This document shows, one piece after another, positions 8,331 to 16,262 of a stretch of 24,975 nucleotides of DNA. This DNA comes from a virus (lineage: Duplodnaviria; Caudoviricetes). Location: positions 1 to 24,975 of the IMG/VR virus record IMGVR_UViG_3300011339_000390; one strand, given 5' to 3'. Position 1 is the first letter of the stretch. Every line of letters begins with the position of its first letter. The translations under genes were made by a program, and so were the position numbers. Under the pieces are notes generated by a model, which worked only from the letters and a program-made list of their open reading frames with translations, was not told where the DNA came from and did no database searches.

Positions 8331-8666
8331 TTAGCAGGCCATGCCGCCGCTTTTCATTTTGATCTGCTTGGCTTTGGTCTTGCCTTTGGATGCAACGCCG
8401 TCAGCCGAACGGACGAACCCGCCGGTTGCCATCTTTTTCATGGGCATTTCAGGTTTGGCTCCAGCTTTTTTCTTAGCCATCATTGCCATGAAGCCGGAGT
8501 TCATTTTCGTAGCCATAGTAGCACCACCTTTTGAAAATTTACGGCCTTTGTCGGCCTCTGTGAAATCACGCCCCACGGACTGCGGGACACCTGCCTTCTT
8601 GGCAAAGCCCGGATTGTGGGCTATTGCTTCCATGAACCTATGCTGCTTTTTGCTGGAGCTTGGCAT
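8331..8666 (-). CDS. Small Lys/Met-rich protein (111 aa)
   Basis: Abuts the upstream stop; FSKGG, MATGG, MKSGG and 'SADGVASKGKTKA' motifs. Confidence 0.78.
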   Translation of the reverse strand: MPSSSKKQHRFMEAIAHNPGFAKKAGVPQSVGRDFTEADKGRKFSKGGATMATKMNSGFMAMMAKKKAGAKPEMPMKKMATGGFVRSADGVASKGKTKAKQIKMKSGGMAC

Positions 8667-8921
8667 TTAACACTTCCATCTTGCAAGAGAAGCAGCCTTC
8701 CGGGTAGGCTTACCCTTCTCGTCTTTCATCGGCCCCGGCATACCGCTCATCCGGGCGCAGAACGAGTCCTTGCGCTTGCCGCCTTGGGGCTGTGGAGCCT
8801 TGAGGTTGCTGCCTGTAGCTGCGTTGTACTTGGCCCTGCCCTTGGCAGTCAAACCAGCGCCCTTGGAGATCGGTAGCTTCTCGCCACGACCGACTGCAAG
8901 GGAGGGAGTTTTCTTAGCCAT
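8667..8921 (-). CDS. Small basic protein (DUF6321-like)
   Basis: 'GLTAKGRAKYN.ATGSNLKAP...RKDSFCARMSG...SLARWKC'; family label recalled from memory. Confidence 0.72.
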   Translation of the reverse strand: MAKKTPSLAVGRGEKLPISKGAGLTAKGRAKYNAATGSNLKAPQPQGGKRKDSFCARMSGMPGPMKDEKGKPTRKAASLARWKC

Positions 8922-8923
8922 AG

Positions 8924-10513
8924 TTAAATTCTAAACCCAAAACCAAAGGCAATTGTGTTGCCGCTTCCCCCGACTGCAACATCACTAAAATCCCACCCTA
9001 GATTGTTGCCTGCGTTTACGTTTGTAGCATTCGTAGCATCGAAGATCGCACCGCCAGTAGCGTTGCTGTCTTGAATGGTGAGGTAGCTAACGCTGTTTGT
9101 TCCGCTGGCATCAGATAGAGTGGCTTGCGTGCCGGGTGTTGTTGCTGACAGAAATTTCTGGTTTGTACCTGATGTGGCAAACGAACCGACTGTGTTTGTT
9201 GTGCCTGATTTGAGTTGCAATGTACCGTCAGTCATTGTTAGCGACTGAGTTGATCCAAGGGTCAGAGCATCTTGCATTGCCCATGTTCCACCGATTCCAT
9301 TAAACCTAACTGGATTGTCAATGGTTTTGCCGTTGCTAGTAATGGTTTGGGCTGTGGTAGCCACAAAAGTCCATGTGTTAGTTCCACTTGTAACGGTCAT
9401 GCCAGCGGACAACACTAAGTCACCATAAATTTGCGGCGAAATGTTGGTAATCGTTGACCCTGAAAAACCAGTGAAATCAAGCGTTCCGAATACACGGTTT
9501 GCCGTGCCAAGCGAAATAATGTCAGCACCTGCTTGGATATAAAAATTAGCCGCGTTTGCGGCAACCCCGCCAGTAGCAGTCCCAGACCCATTTAAAGTTC
9601 GAGTTTCACCCCCCACACCAATTCCAGTAACCTCAATTGTTCTTGTCCCGGTCATGGTAAGACCAGTTCCTGTTGCTGCGTTATAAACAACTGTGTTTGT
9701 TCCGGTTATGACAATCTTGCCAGTACCAAAGGCCAATACTCTGGTGTTGCTATTGGTTGAGTTAAAAATACCCGTGGTCAGCGTGTAGCTTGCCAAATCC
9801 AACGTTCCAGCGGTCAGTGTGCAAGTACGAGTAGCGCCGGAAGTCAATGCCGATGCAAGCTGAAAAGTACCGCCTACACCGTTGAATGTGAACGGGTTAT
9901 CAAACACAACGGCAGCAGTGTTAATAGTCTTTGTGCCTGAAGTGGCAACAAATGCGTATGTAGATGTCCCCGCAGTACGGGTCATGCCTGTGGAAGCCTT
10001 GAAACTGCCGTAAATACTAAGAGAACTATTACCTAATGTTCCGGCATATCCGGTAGGATTTATGCCGTCCGTAAAGTCTAAATCACGATACGCGCCAGCG
10101 GTAAGTGTTAAAGCCCCTGTGCCCGCAGTAATTCTGAACGAAATACTGTTAGCCTCAGTGACGGCTGTTGGCGCAAGTGTCCTCGCCGTTGCGCTAGAGT
10201 TAGTGCAAATAATCAAAGGCGTGCCCGTGACCGTCATGGTCGTAGCACCAGTAAAAATTGTGCCTGTGCTGTTCAGCGAAATAGTTTTTGTGCCAAAGGC
10301 CAGCGTGCCTGTAAACCCCGTCATCGTGAGGGTTTGAACCGTAGGGCTAATATCAAGCGTAGCCGTAACACTGCCCGATGCAGCGTTAAATATTGCAGCG
10401 TCACCAGCACCGGGGACAAGCGCCCCAGCAGGCGTGCCAGTTGCAAAATCAGACCAACTTAGGATGCTGTTCCAATTTCCAGAAACACCAGCAGCCCAGT
10501 ATTTATTAGCCAT
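8924..10513 (-). CDS. Thr/Gly-rich repetitive beta-solenoid protein, putative head fibre/adhesin
   Basis: 529 aa with internal repeats ('LDFT.....G....IYG.......GMT.T.GT.T..FVAT....TI......DNP..FNG.GGT.....ALT.G.T...T.T.GTL.L' occurs twice); GAGGAG RBS; follows the spike-base-like gene. Confidence 0.7.
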   Translation of the reverse strand: MANKYWAAGVSGNWNSILSWSDFATGTPAGALVPGAGDAAIFNAASGSVTATLDISPTVQTLTMTGFTGTLAFGTKTISLNSTGTIFTGATTMTVTGTPLIICTNSSATARTLAPTAVTEANSISFRITAGTGALTLTAGAYRDLDFTDGINPTGYAGTLGNSSLSIYGSFKASTGMTRTAGTSTYAFVATSGTKTINTAAVVFDNPFTFNGVGGTFQLASALTSGATRTCTLTAGTLDLASYTLTTGIFNSTNSNTRVLAFGTGKIVITGTNTVVYNAATGTGLTMTGTRTIEVTGIGVGGETRTLNGSGTATGGVAANAANFYIQAGADIISLGTANRVFGTLDFTGFSGSTITNISPQIYGDLVLSAGMTVTSGTNTWTFVATTAQTITSNGKTIDNPVRFNGIGGTWAMQDALTLGSTQSLTMTDGTLQLKSGTTNTVGSFATSGTNQKFLSATTPGTQATLSDASGTNSVSYLTIQDSNATGGAIFDATNATNVNAGNNLGWDFSDVAVGGSGNTIAFGFGFRI

Positions 10514-10515
10514 GC

Positions 10516-10686
10516 TTACTCCTCGGCAGGCTCGTCAACCACGGGCGGCGGGTTGTCAATGTAATCGCGCCACTTGTCGTATCGAGCCTGCTTCATGGCC
10601 TCAATTTCAACATCTGTCAAGCCGTGGCTATCCGCTAGATGCAGCGCATCCGAAAAGCCATTGATGGTGAAGTCAATCTTGACCAT
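10516..10686 (-). CDS. Hypothetical protein (56 aa)
   Basis: Start reassigned to ATG 10686 (MVKIDFTING...), immediately after the upstream stop; the longer track start overlaps the previous gene. Confidence 0.7.
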   Translation of the reverse strand: MVKIDFTINGFSDALHLADSHGLTDVEIEAMKQARYDKWRDYIDNPPPVVDEPAEE

Positions 10687-10687
10687 G

Positions 10688-10945
10688 CTAGTAAATTCTA
10701 AGCAAGCTGGTAGCCGTGGTTCCAGTAGACCAAACACGTATAACTTGCACTGGGATAACTTGCCCCGGCTGTAGGCCAATGAAAGTTGTGTCATCACCCT
10801 GCGCGGTTGTTACTTTGACATTGCCCGTTACACCAACGTAGATCACACTGGGTGTGTCTAAGTAAGCGGTATCACTGTTCGTAAACGTGGTTGCCCCGCC
10901 CGGAAACATTGGGAATGTTGGGCTGTAGTTTGTCTGGCGTCCCAT
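10688..10945 (-). CDS. Putative head spike base protein (RcGTA Rcc01079-like)
   Basis: 'IYVGVTGNVKVTTAQGDDTTF.GLQPGQVIPVQVIRVWSTGTTATSL' matches my recollection of the spike-base family pattern; GGAGA RBS before ATG 10945. Confidence 0.7.
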   Translation of the reverse strand: MGRQTNYSPTFPMFPGGATTFTNSDTAYLDTPSVIYVGVTGNVKVTTAQGDDTTFIGLQPGQVIPVQVIRVWSTGTTATSLLRIY

Positions 10946-10958
10946 AATCAATCTCCTT

Positions 10959-10981
10959 TAAAACAGGGGGCCGAAGCCCCC
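10959..10981 (-). terminator. Probable intrinsic terminator/attenuator
   Basis: Minus strand GGGGGC-TTCG-GCCCCC-TGTTTT directly after the 154-aa gene. Confidence 0.65.
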
Positions 10982-10989
10982 AAGACTAA

Positions 10990-11454
10990 TTACTGCTCAG
11001 AAGCAGTGGGGAACTGAGCGCCGTCTGGCCCTTCAACAGCGTAATTAATAAACACAGTTGCTGCGCCCGTAGTCAAAGCCGTGCCTGCCATTGTGTACGT
11101 AATCAGCGCGTCAGTAGAGCCTACGTTCAGCCAGCCACCGGGAGTGGTTGCGTTAGCAGTCAAGTTAACAGCCCCAACGCTTGTAATCGTGCCCGTGGTC
11201 GTGAAGTCTACGCCACCAATGCTCAGTTTGAGTGTAGTGGCTGCACTAAAAACCGTTGTGGTAATGATTGTTATGTGCGTCACTTGTGCGCCAGCAGGCA
11301 ACACAAAAGCCGTGCCGGTCAAAGTGCCAAACGCAAGGGGTGCGGATTGGTTGACTACGGTAGCGCCTAGATTGCGGATTGTGCCAGCAGTGGTGCCAGT
11401 GGTGTTTTTAACCGTGCCAAGCAGCCAAGGGCCGAGGTGAGTTGCGAATCCCAT
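10990..11454 (-). CDS. Putative capsid decoration/minor head protein
   Basis: 154 aa, Thr/Gly/Ala-rich beta protein ('LPAGAQVTHI.I.TTTVFSAATTLKLSIG'); AAGGA RBS; first structural gene downstream of the MCP. Confidence 0.65.
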   Translation of the reverse strand: MGFATHLGPWLLGTVKNTTGTTAGTIRNLGATVVNQSAPLAFGTLTGTAFVLPAGAQVTHITIITTTVFSAATTLKLSIGGVDFTTTGTITSVGAVNLTANATTPGGWLNVGSTDALITYTMAGTALTTGAATVFINYAVEGPDGAQFPTASEQ

Positions 11455-11460
11455 GATGTA

Positions 11461-11537
11461 ATTCCTTCATGCGTTAAGGTGTATCAATCTTGCATGTAAG
11501 TCAGCCGGGACTGTTTGATACACCGGAAAGCCCGGAG
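11461..11537 (-). ncRNA. Candidate structured cis-regulatory leader RNA (stem with two pseudoknots)
   Basis: Perfect 10-bp inverted repeat (11478-11487/11515-11524); loop segments complementary to both the 5' flank (11505-11509/11531-11535) and the 3' flank including the SD (11492-11500/11465-11472). Confidence 0.55.
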
Positions 11538-11550
11538 TAAGAGCAATATA

Positions 11551-12297
11551 TCAGGAATTGGTGGGGGGTGCAAGTTTTTTTGGTTTCCTTGCCGCAAGCA
11601 TCTTGGCTTTCCAAACTGGGTCCGCCCATAACGCTTTTGCTGCAGCAGCTTTAGCCGCTTTTACTTCCGCACGGTTAGCAATCTCCTGATTGTTGGCGGT
11701 CTGTTTGGCGGCGTACTCCGGATCGCTCCACTGGGCTTTGGCCTGTGCGCTCGTCTTGGCTTTGGACTCGGCGGTGTTTCTAGCGCGTTTAATGCCCTTC
11801 TGGCGCTTTGTCCGCACTTCGGGGTTAGCCCATGCTTCCGTACTGTTCTCGGACTTCTTAGCCCGCGCCTCGGGGGTTCCTTGCACCCTGCGCTGCCCTG
11901 CAGCCACCTTCTCCTGATAGGCGGGGTCTCTCCAGTTTTTAATGGAGTTGTACTTGTCTGCGGCTTTATGTGCCGCAGTTTTTATCGTTCCGCTCCCGCC
12001 TTCGCCGCCGTCGGTTAGGTTGAAAAGCGTGCCCGTCTTAAGGTTGCGTCGCCCGTACAGCGCAATAAGCTCGATCTCCTTGGCAAAGGCTTCCGTTTCG
12101 TCTTCCGTCTCAAATACTCGCTGGCACGGGGCAACAAGGCTGCGCTGCTTTAGGTGGGAGATGAAATCCTGAAAAGGTTTGTTGTGTGACCCCCTTGACC
12201 AATGGGACAAGTCCCTATCCCCCGTACCCTTACCAACGTACACGGGCTGGTTGTTTTTAGACGGCCTAGGATCCCGATACACATAGACATAAAACAT
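11551..12297 (-). CDS. Free-standing GIY-YIG family endonuclease (homing endonuclease-like)
   Basis: 'FYVYVYRDPR...PVYVGKG.GDR...H', 'EAFAKEIELIA.YGR', 'L.NLTDGGEG' GIY-YIG motifs, then helical 'W.DPE' repeats; AGGAG RBS before ATG 12297. Confidence 0.85.
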   Translation of the reverse strand: MFYVYVYRDPRPSKNNQPVYVGKGTGDRDLSHWSRGSHNKPFQDFISHLKQRSLVAPCQRVFETEDETEAFAKEIELIALYGRRNLKTGTLFNLTDGGEGGSGTIKTAAHKAADKYNSIKNWRDPAYQEKVAAGQRRVQGTPEARAKKSENSTEAWANPEVRTKRQKGIKRARNTAESKAKTSAQAKAQWSDPEYAAKQTANNQEIANRAEVKAAKAAAAKALWADPVWKAKMLAARKPKKLAPPTNS

Positions 12298-12438
12298 GAA
12301 AGCTCCTAAAGTTGAAGCCACAGTGTACCTTAATGGACGGAGATTTACCAGTAGTTATCGTAGATTTACGAAAATGTCCGGTATAAAACTAGTGCTAGTA
12401 ACATAAAGTACAACCCCCCGCATTCGAAACAACCAAAG

Positions 12439-12465
12439 AAAAAGGGAGCCGAAGCTCCCTTTTTT
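12439..12465 (-). terminator. Intrinsic terminator after major capsid gene (bidirectional form)
   Basis: AAAAAGGGAGC-CGAA-GCTCCCTTTTTT; TTCG loop on the minus strand, T-tracts on both strands. Confidence 0.85.
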
Positions 12466-12498
12466 GTAGCAACCAACCTAGGCTGGCTGCGGGTTTGC

Positions 12499-13410
12499 TT
12501 AGGACGAACCGGGGCTTCCAAAAACTCCGAGCGGATCGCTCCATCCAAAGCTGTAGCGCTCGCGGCTCTTATAACGCACGTTACCGGTATCGAAATCCCC
12601 ATCCATTGAGTTTGCCAATGCAGTGCGCTCAAAGTGCTTCAGACCGTTGGGTACGTCAGTGGTCAGATACCAGCCGTTGCTGTCAGTCAAGAAGTGATTG
12701 ACACAGTAGCCTTCAGGGATCGAGCCGTTGTTCTTCAGCGCGTTGATATCGTTGTCGGTAGTGCCAACACGCAGGCTGGTCTCCAACAGACGAGTAGCAA
12801 CGAACATCAGAGCCGGAGGAATCACCAGCTTGCGCGGCTTTGCTGCAATCAGCAGGCCACGCTCGTCCGTCCAAGCAGCAATCTGAATGACCGCGGCTTC
12901 CAAAGAAGTCTCGTTCAAATCAGCGCCAGTTGCGGGGCGATTGCTGTTGGTTCCACCGTTGGTCAAGGGGTGTGCTGTGCTGAACAAAGCAACGCCGTCA
13001 CCGCCAATGTAGTTGGCAGAAAAACCGTTGTTGATCACCGACGCAGCCTTAACTTGCTTTGTGTACGCCATAGCACGGGCCAGAGCCTTGGTGTAACGAG
13101 CCGACAGGGAGTCGTACAAGTTATCTTCCACAGCCTCTTCCGTGATGGAGAAGCCAAGCGCAATGGTCTCGTGGTTGTACCGAGCGGTGAACGCTTCCTG
13201 CGCATTGTCATACGCAATGGCAGAGCCCTCGTTCTTCACTGGTGCAGCACTAAAGCCGGACAGCTTGGTCTCTTCTTCAAAGCTACGCTCCGATTTCTCG
13301 GTTTCGTAGAGTTCCTTGTGCTCTTCGCCATAGCGGGTGTACTCCAGACCAAACAGGGCGTTCAGACCGGGGAGCAACTCTTTAAGTAGTTGTGCGCGTG
13401 AAATAGCCAT
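12499..13410 (-). CDS. Major capsid protein (HK97 fold, Mu gpT-like family)
   Basis: 'MAISRAQLLKELLPGLNALFGLEY', 'GGDGVALFSTAHP', 'PRKLVIPPAL', 'DFDTGNVRYKSRERYSFGWSDP'; strong AAGGAG RBS; followed by a terminator. Confidence 0.92.
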   Translation of the reverse strand: MAISRAQLLKELLPGLNALFGLEYTRYGEEHKELYETEKSERSFEEETKLSGFSAAPVKNEGSAIAYDNAQEAFTARYNHETIALGFSITEEAVEDNLYDSLSARYTKALARAMAYTKQVKAASVINNGFSANYIGGDGVALFSTAHPLTNGGTNSNRPATGADLNETSLEAAVIQIAAWTDERGLLIAAKPRKLVIPPALMFVATRLLETSLRVGTTDNDINALKNNGSIPEGYCVNHFLTDSNGWYLTTDVPNGLKHFERTALANSMDGDFDTGNVRYKSRERYSFGWSDPLGVFGSPGSS

Positions 13411-13422
13411 GATTTATGCTCC

Positions 13423-14253
13423 TTAAGCAATGCTGGTGGCAGCGTAATACTGATGCTGACCAAAGTTAATCTTGACCAGAATTTCCGGGTACTGCATGAG
13501 TACGAGCGTAGCGCTCGCACCAAAAGCAGCGGCGGGGGCTTGGTTCAAAATAAACGAGGTAGCACCGGCAGAAGCGGCGGTGTCAACGAAAGAACCCGAA
13601 CTGATGTAGTTTCCGTTTGAGTCCAACGAGCCAACGTCTGTACCAACGGGCAACGCGAACGGCAGAGCCGAACAGGTTACAGTAGCGGTAGAAATGCTGG
13701 TAAAAGTTGAAGTTCCTAGAGAAACAGCCGTATCAGTCACCAAGCCAAGCACGCGAACGGGCAGGGCTGCGGTGGTAGCAGGCGTATCACTTGGGGCCAA
13801 GATTGCGTTCTTGGAATTGCCAGTTGCAGTGCTGCCGGTGTTGTTGATCATAGCCAAATTCTGGCCGATCATAGCGCGAGCGCCAGAAGCAACAGCAGTA
13901 GTAGCAGAGCAAACAACACCTTTAAACACTTGGTCAGGATCATCAGCAACAATCGCCACTATGTCACCAGCAGCCGTACTCGCAGGATAGTACTGCGAGA
14001 AGGTCAACTGCTTGGTAAGCGGGTTGGTGTACCGGCAACCCAAAAAGATGCCGGTTTGATTACCTGCCGTGCCGGTAGACACAGACAAACGCACAATCTC
14101 GCCACGAGACAAACCTACGTAGTCGCCATAAAAAATCGACGTTCCATAGTTGTAGGTCATGGGGTACTCTCGAGTAGAACCCGCAAATACCTGCCCGCCG
14201 ATCAAATTAATCGGTTTTAGCCCGTAGGGGCTATCAATAACAGGATAAGCCAT
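13423..14253 (-). CDS. Capsid-associated structural protein (cement/decoration-like)
   Basis: 'PYGLKPINLIGGQ', 'IFYGD.V', 'GIFLGCRYTNP', 'V.DDPD.VF'; immediately upstream of the MCP with AGGAG RBS. Confidence 0.7.
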   Translation of the reverse strand: MAYPVIDSPYGLKPINLIGGQVFAGSTREYPMTYNYGTSIFYGDYVGLSRGEIVRLSVSTGTAGNQTGIFLGCRYTNPLTKQLTFSQYYPASTAAGDIVAIVADDPDQVFKGVVCSATTAVASGARAMIGQNLAMINNTGSTATGNSKNAILAPSDTPATTAALPVRVLGLVTDTAVSLGTSTFTSISTATVTCSALPFALPVGTDVGSLDSNGNYISSGSFVDTAASAGATSFILNQAPAAAFGASATLVLMQYPEILVKINFGQHQYYAATSIA

Positions 14254-14270
14254 TTAAGACTCCTAAAAAA

Positions 14271-14723
14271 TTAACTACCTTTTCCGAATCCGCCACGCGT
14301 TACTGTAGACTTGCGGTCTGCAAATAGCGGCATGCGCGGGTCATTTTGTCGCATAAAGTTGTTGTCAACCGAATCCATCTGGTTCTGGGCTTGACCGTTG
14401 TAATAATCCGACATAGCAGTAGCGCGTTCGGTAGGGATCTTGCAGAGCATGAGCCCCCCAATCTCGATATTGCCTGTCTTTTCATTACCAGCAACCATCA
14501 TCTCCGGGTGATCTACCGCCTTCACCGGCTCATAGCCATCGCGCATTTTTCGTGACACGTTGGTTGGGTCGGACTGTCCCAGAACATGCGTTGCGATCCA
14601 GCGAAACGTATATCCCGGCTCAGGGGTTGGGTCTGGCAGTGTGCTCGAGGGTGTATACACATATCGAGCAGATTTCTCGCGTGAATTTGTTTCACGATTT
14701 GTCCGGGTCTGTACTTCAGCCAT
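14271..14723 (-). CDS. Conserved-looking head morphogenesis region hypothetical protein
   Basis: 'LPDP.PEPGY.FRWI', 'GYEPVK', 'IEIGGLMLCKIP'; GGAG RBS; overlaps the scaffold stop. Confidence 0.75.
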   Translation of the reverse strand: MAEVQTRTNRETNSREKSARYVYTPSSTLPDPTPEPGYTFRWIATHVLGQSDPTNVSRKMRDGYEPVKAVDHPEMMVAGNEKTGNIEIGGLMLCKIPTERATAMSDYYNGQAQNQMDSVDNNFMRQNDPRMPLFADRKSTVTRGGFGKGS

Positions 14724-15636
14724 TTTGATTCTCCAGTTTAGCTACTTGAAAAGCATATTGTTGCGGTGTTAATCCAAACTTCTTAGCCAACGACATTTGC
14801 GTCAGCGTAAGCTGGACTTTCTTTGGCCCTGATGAACGAGTCGCAGAGGCCACAACAGATGAAGGTCGAGTGCTTCGTGCTTCGCGCCCCCCAAATGCTT
14901 CGGGGAAGGTGCTCCGCATCCGGGCATCAATACGTTCAAAGTACTCATCCGAGCGGGGGTCTACCCCCGAATTCACTAGTTTTTGATGCAGCCCTAGTGA
15001 AAAGCTGGTTAGTTCTTCGTTCCCCGGAGCGCCAAACCACTGGTTTTTTGCTTGCCAGCGCAAGGTTTTGTCATCAGGTTCTACCGCTACGGGTTCCGAT
15101 TTCCGTATTTGTACATTATCCGAAGCCGTTTGTAAAGGGGCTGGCTTAAAATTTTCCGCTGAAATCATTCTCAGCTTAGCATCTGTCAAGGCTTCGTTTG
15201 CCGCAATGATAGCATCAGTATCAAAAGCCTCCTGTGCCGCCTTGAAGTTACGCCGTGCGGTCTCGAGGTCACTACTGACCGCGTGCTTTACGGTTTCTGC
15301 ATACTGCTTAGCGCCAGTATTGGCATATTCCTTCAGTTGCCGGTTCTCGTCCAGCAATTGCTGGGCAAGATTCTCAAGCTCCTGCTTTTCGCGGATTGTA
15401 GACTCTTTCGCACGCCGTTCATCATGTCGAGCATGGGTCAATTCCTTGATCCGGCCCTTTACTTTGTCCGAGTACGAGTTGATTTCTTCGTCTGTCGGGT
15501 CTTCAACCGGGCGATCAAGGGCTGCTCGGCCCCTGTCTTGGGCTGGGGTGTCATCCACAACCTCAATTTCAATCTCAGTCTCTTTTTCATCAGCTTTCGC
15601 TGCAATTTCATCAGGAAATTCAAATTTGTCAGCCAT
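14716..15636 (-). CDS. Putative scaffolding protein
   Basis: Acidic N-terminus, long coiled coil, C-terminal 'V.LT..Q..LAKKFGLTPQQYA' helix; lies between portal and MCP. Confidence 0.75.
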   Translation of the reverse strand: MADKFEFPDEIAAKADEKETEIEIEVVDDTPAQDRGRAALDRPVEDPTDEEINSYSDKVKGRIKELTHARHDERRAKESTIREKQELENLAQQLLDENRQLKEYANTGAKQYAETVKHAVSSDLETARRNFKAAQEAFDTDAIIAANEALTDAKLRMISAENFKPAPLQTASDNVQIRKSEPVAVEPDDKTLRWQAKNQWFGAPGNEELTSFSLGLHQKLVNSGVDPRSDEYFERIDARMRSTFPEAFGGREARSTRPSSVVASATRSSGPKKVQLTLTQMSLAKKFGLTPQQYAFQVAKLENQNG

Positions 15637-15646
15637 TTATTACTCC

Positions 15647-16075
15647 TTACGCACGAGTTAAGCCTCGTGGATCTTGCACAACCGCGTCTACTTGGTCATC
15701 ATTAAGCAGACGGAACTCTTTGCCGTAGATTTTGAAGCGTGTACCTGAATAGGTACGCACCAAAACAAAATCGCCAGCCTTACACCACGCACCACCGGGG
15801 AACTTAGCCTGATCTTTGTACGCATCGGGGCCAACTTTTACAACAAAAAGGACGGTAGTGGCGTGTTCTTCCTGCCGCATGTAGGGATCCGCTTTGACAA
15901 TGCTGGAATTCTCAAAAGTTTTCTCTACATCTGGCACAACGCACAGCAATTTCCAACCCGTGGGGTCAGGCAACTGTGTGGCTTTCTCTTCTTGGGACGC
16001 ATCCTCACTAGGGTTTTCCCTAGATTGGATAGTTTTTGGCAAACTAATGCCGGGTGGAAGAATCAGATTAGTCAT
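15647..16075 (-). CDS. GroES/Cpn10-like co-chaperonin
   Basis: 'PTGWKLL', 'VVKVGPDAY', 'CKAGDFVL...YSGTRFKIYGKEFRLLNDDQVDAVV' follows the Cpn10 pattern. Confidence 0.85.
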   Translation of the reverse strand: MTNLILPPGISLPKTIQSRENPSEDASQEEKATQLPDPTGWKLLCVVPDVEKTFENSSIVKADPYMRQEEHATTVLFVVKVGPDAYKDQAKFPGGAWCKAGDFVLVRTYSGTRFKIYGKEFRLLNDDQVDAVVQDPRGLTRA

Positions 16076-16262
16076 CGGCTCTTTCTACTTTCTCAGCAAG
16101 GTCAATTAGATAACGCTCTGCGAGTGCTAGACCCTGAATAGTCCCGCAGAGTTTTTGGTACTCTTCAAAATTGCGACAAGCACCCCCAGCCAAGTCATCG
16201 GCGTAGTTGTTCATGTCGGTACGAATCTTTTCGCGCAGTACCCGCACAAAATCTTGGATCAT
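16068..16262 (-). CDS. Small helical hypothetical protein (64 aa)
   Basis: ATGA overlap with the portal stop; 'LAGG....FEEYQKLCG.IQGL'. Confidence 0.78.
   Translation of the reverse strand: MIQDFVRVLREKIRTDMNNYADDLAGGACRNFEEYQKLCGTIQGLALAERYLIDLAEKVERADD

Noticed and set aside
11455-12498. Group I intron around the GIY-YIG gene
   Set aside because: Both flanking genes are complete, and the non-coding flanks are short with no recognisable P/Q/R/S core.
12366-12632. 88-aa minus-strand ORF overlapping the MCP 3' end as a possible frameshift extension
   Set aside because: It runs through the terminator hairpin, and I saw no convincing slippery sequence near the MCP stop.
12634-13389. 251-aa plus-strand ORF
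   Set aside because: Antisense shadow of the major capsid gene; no RBS or recognisable motifs.
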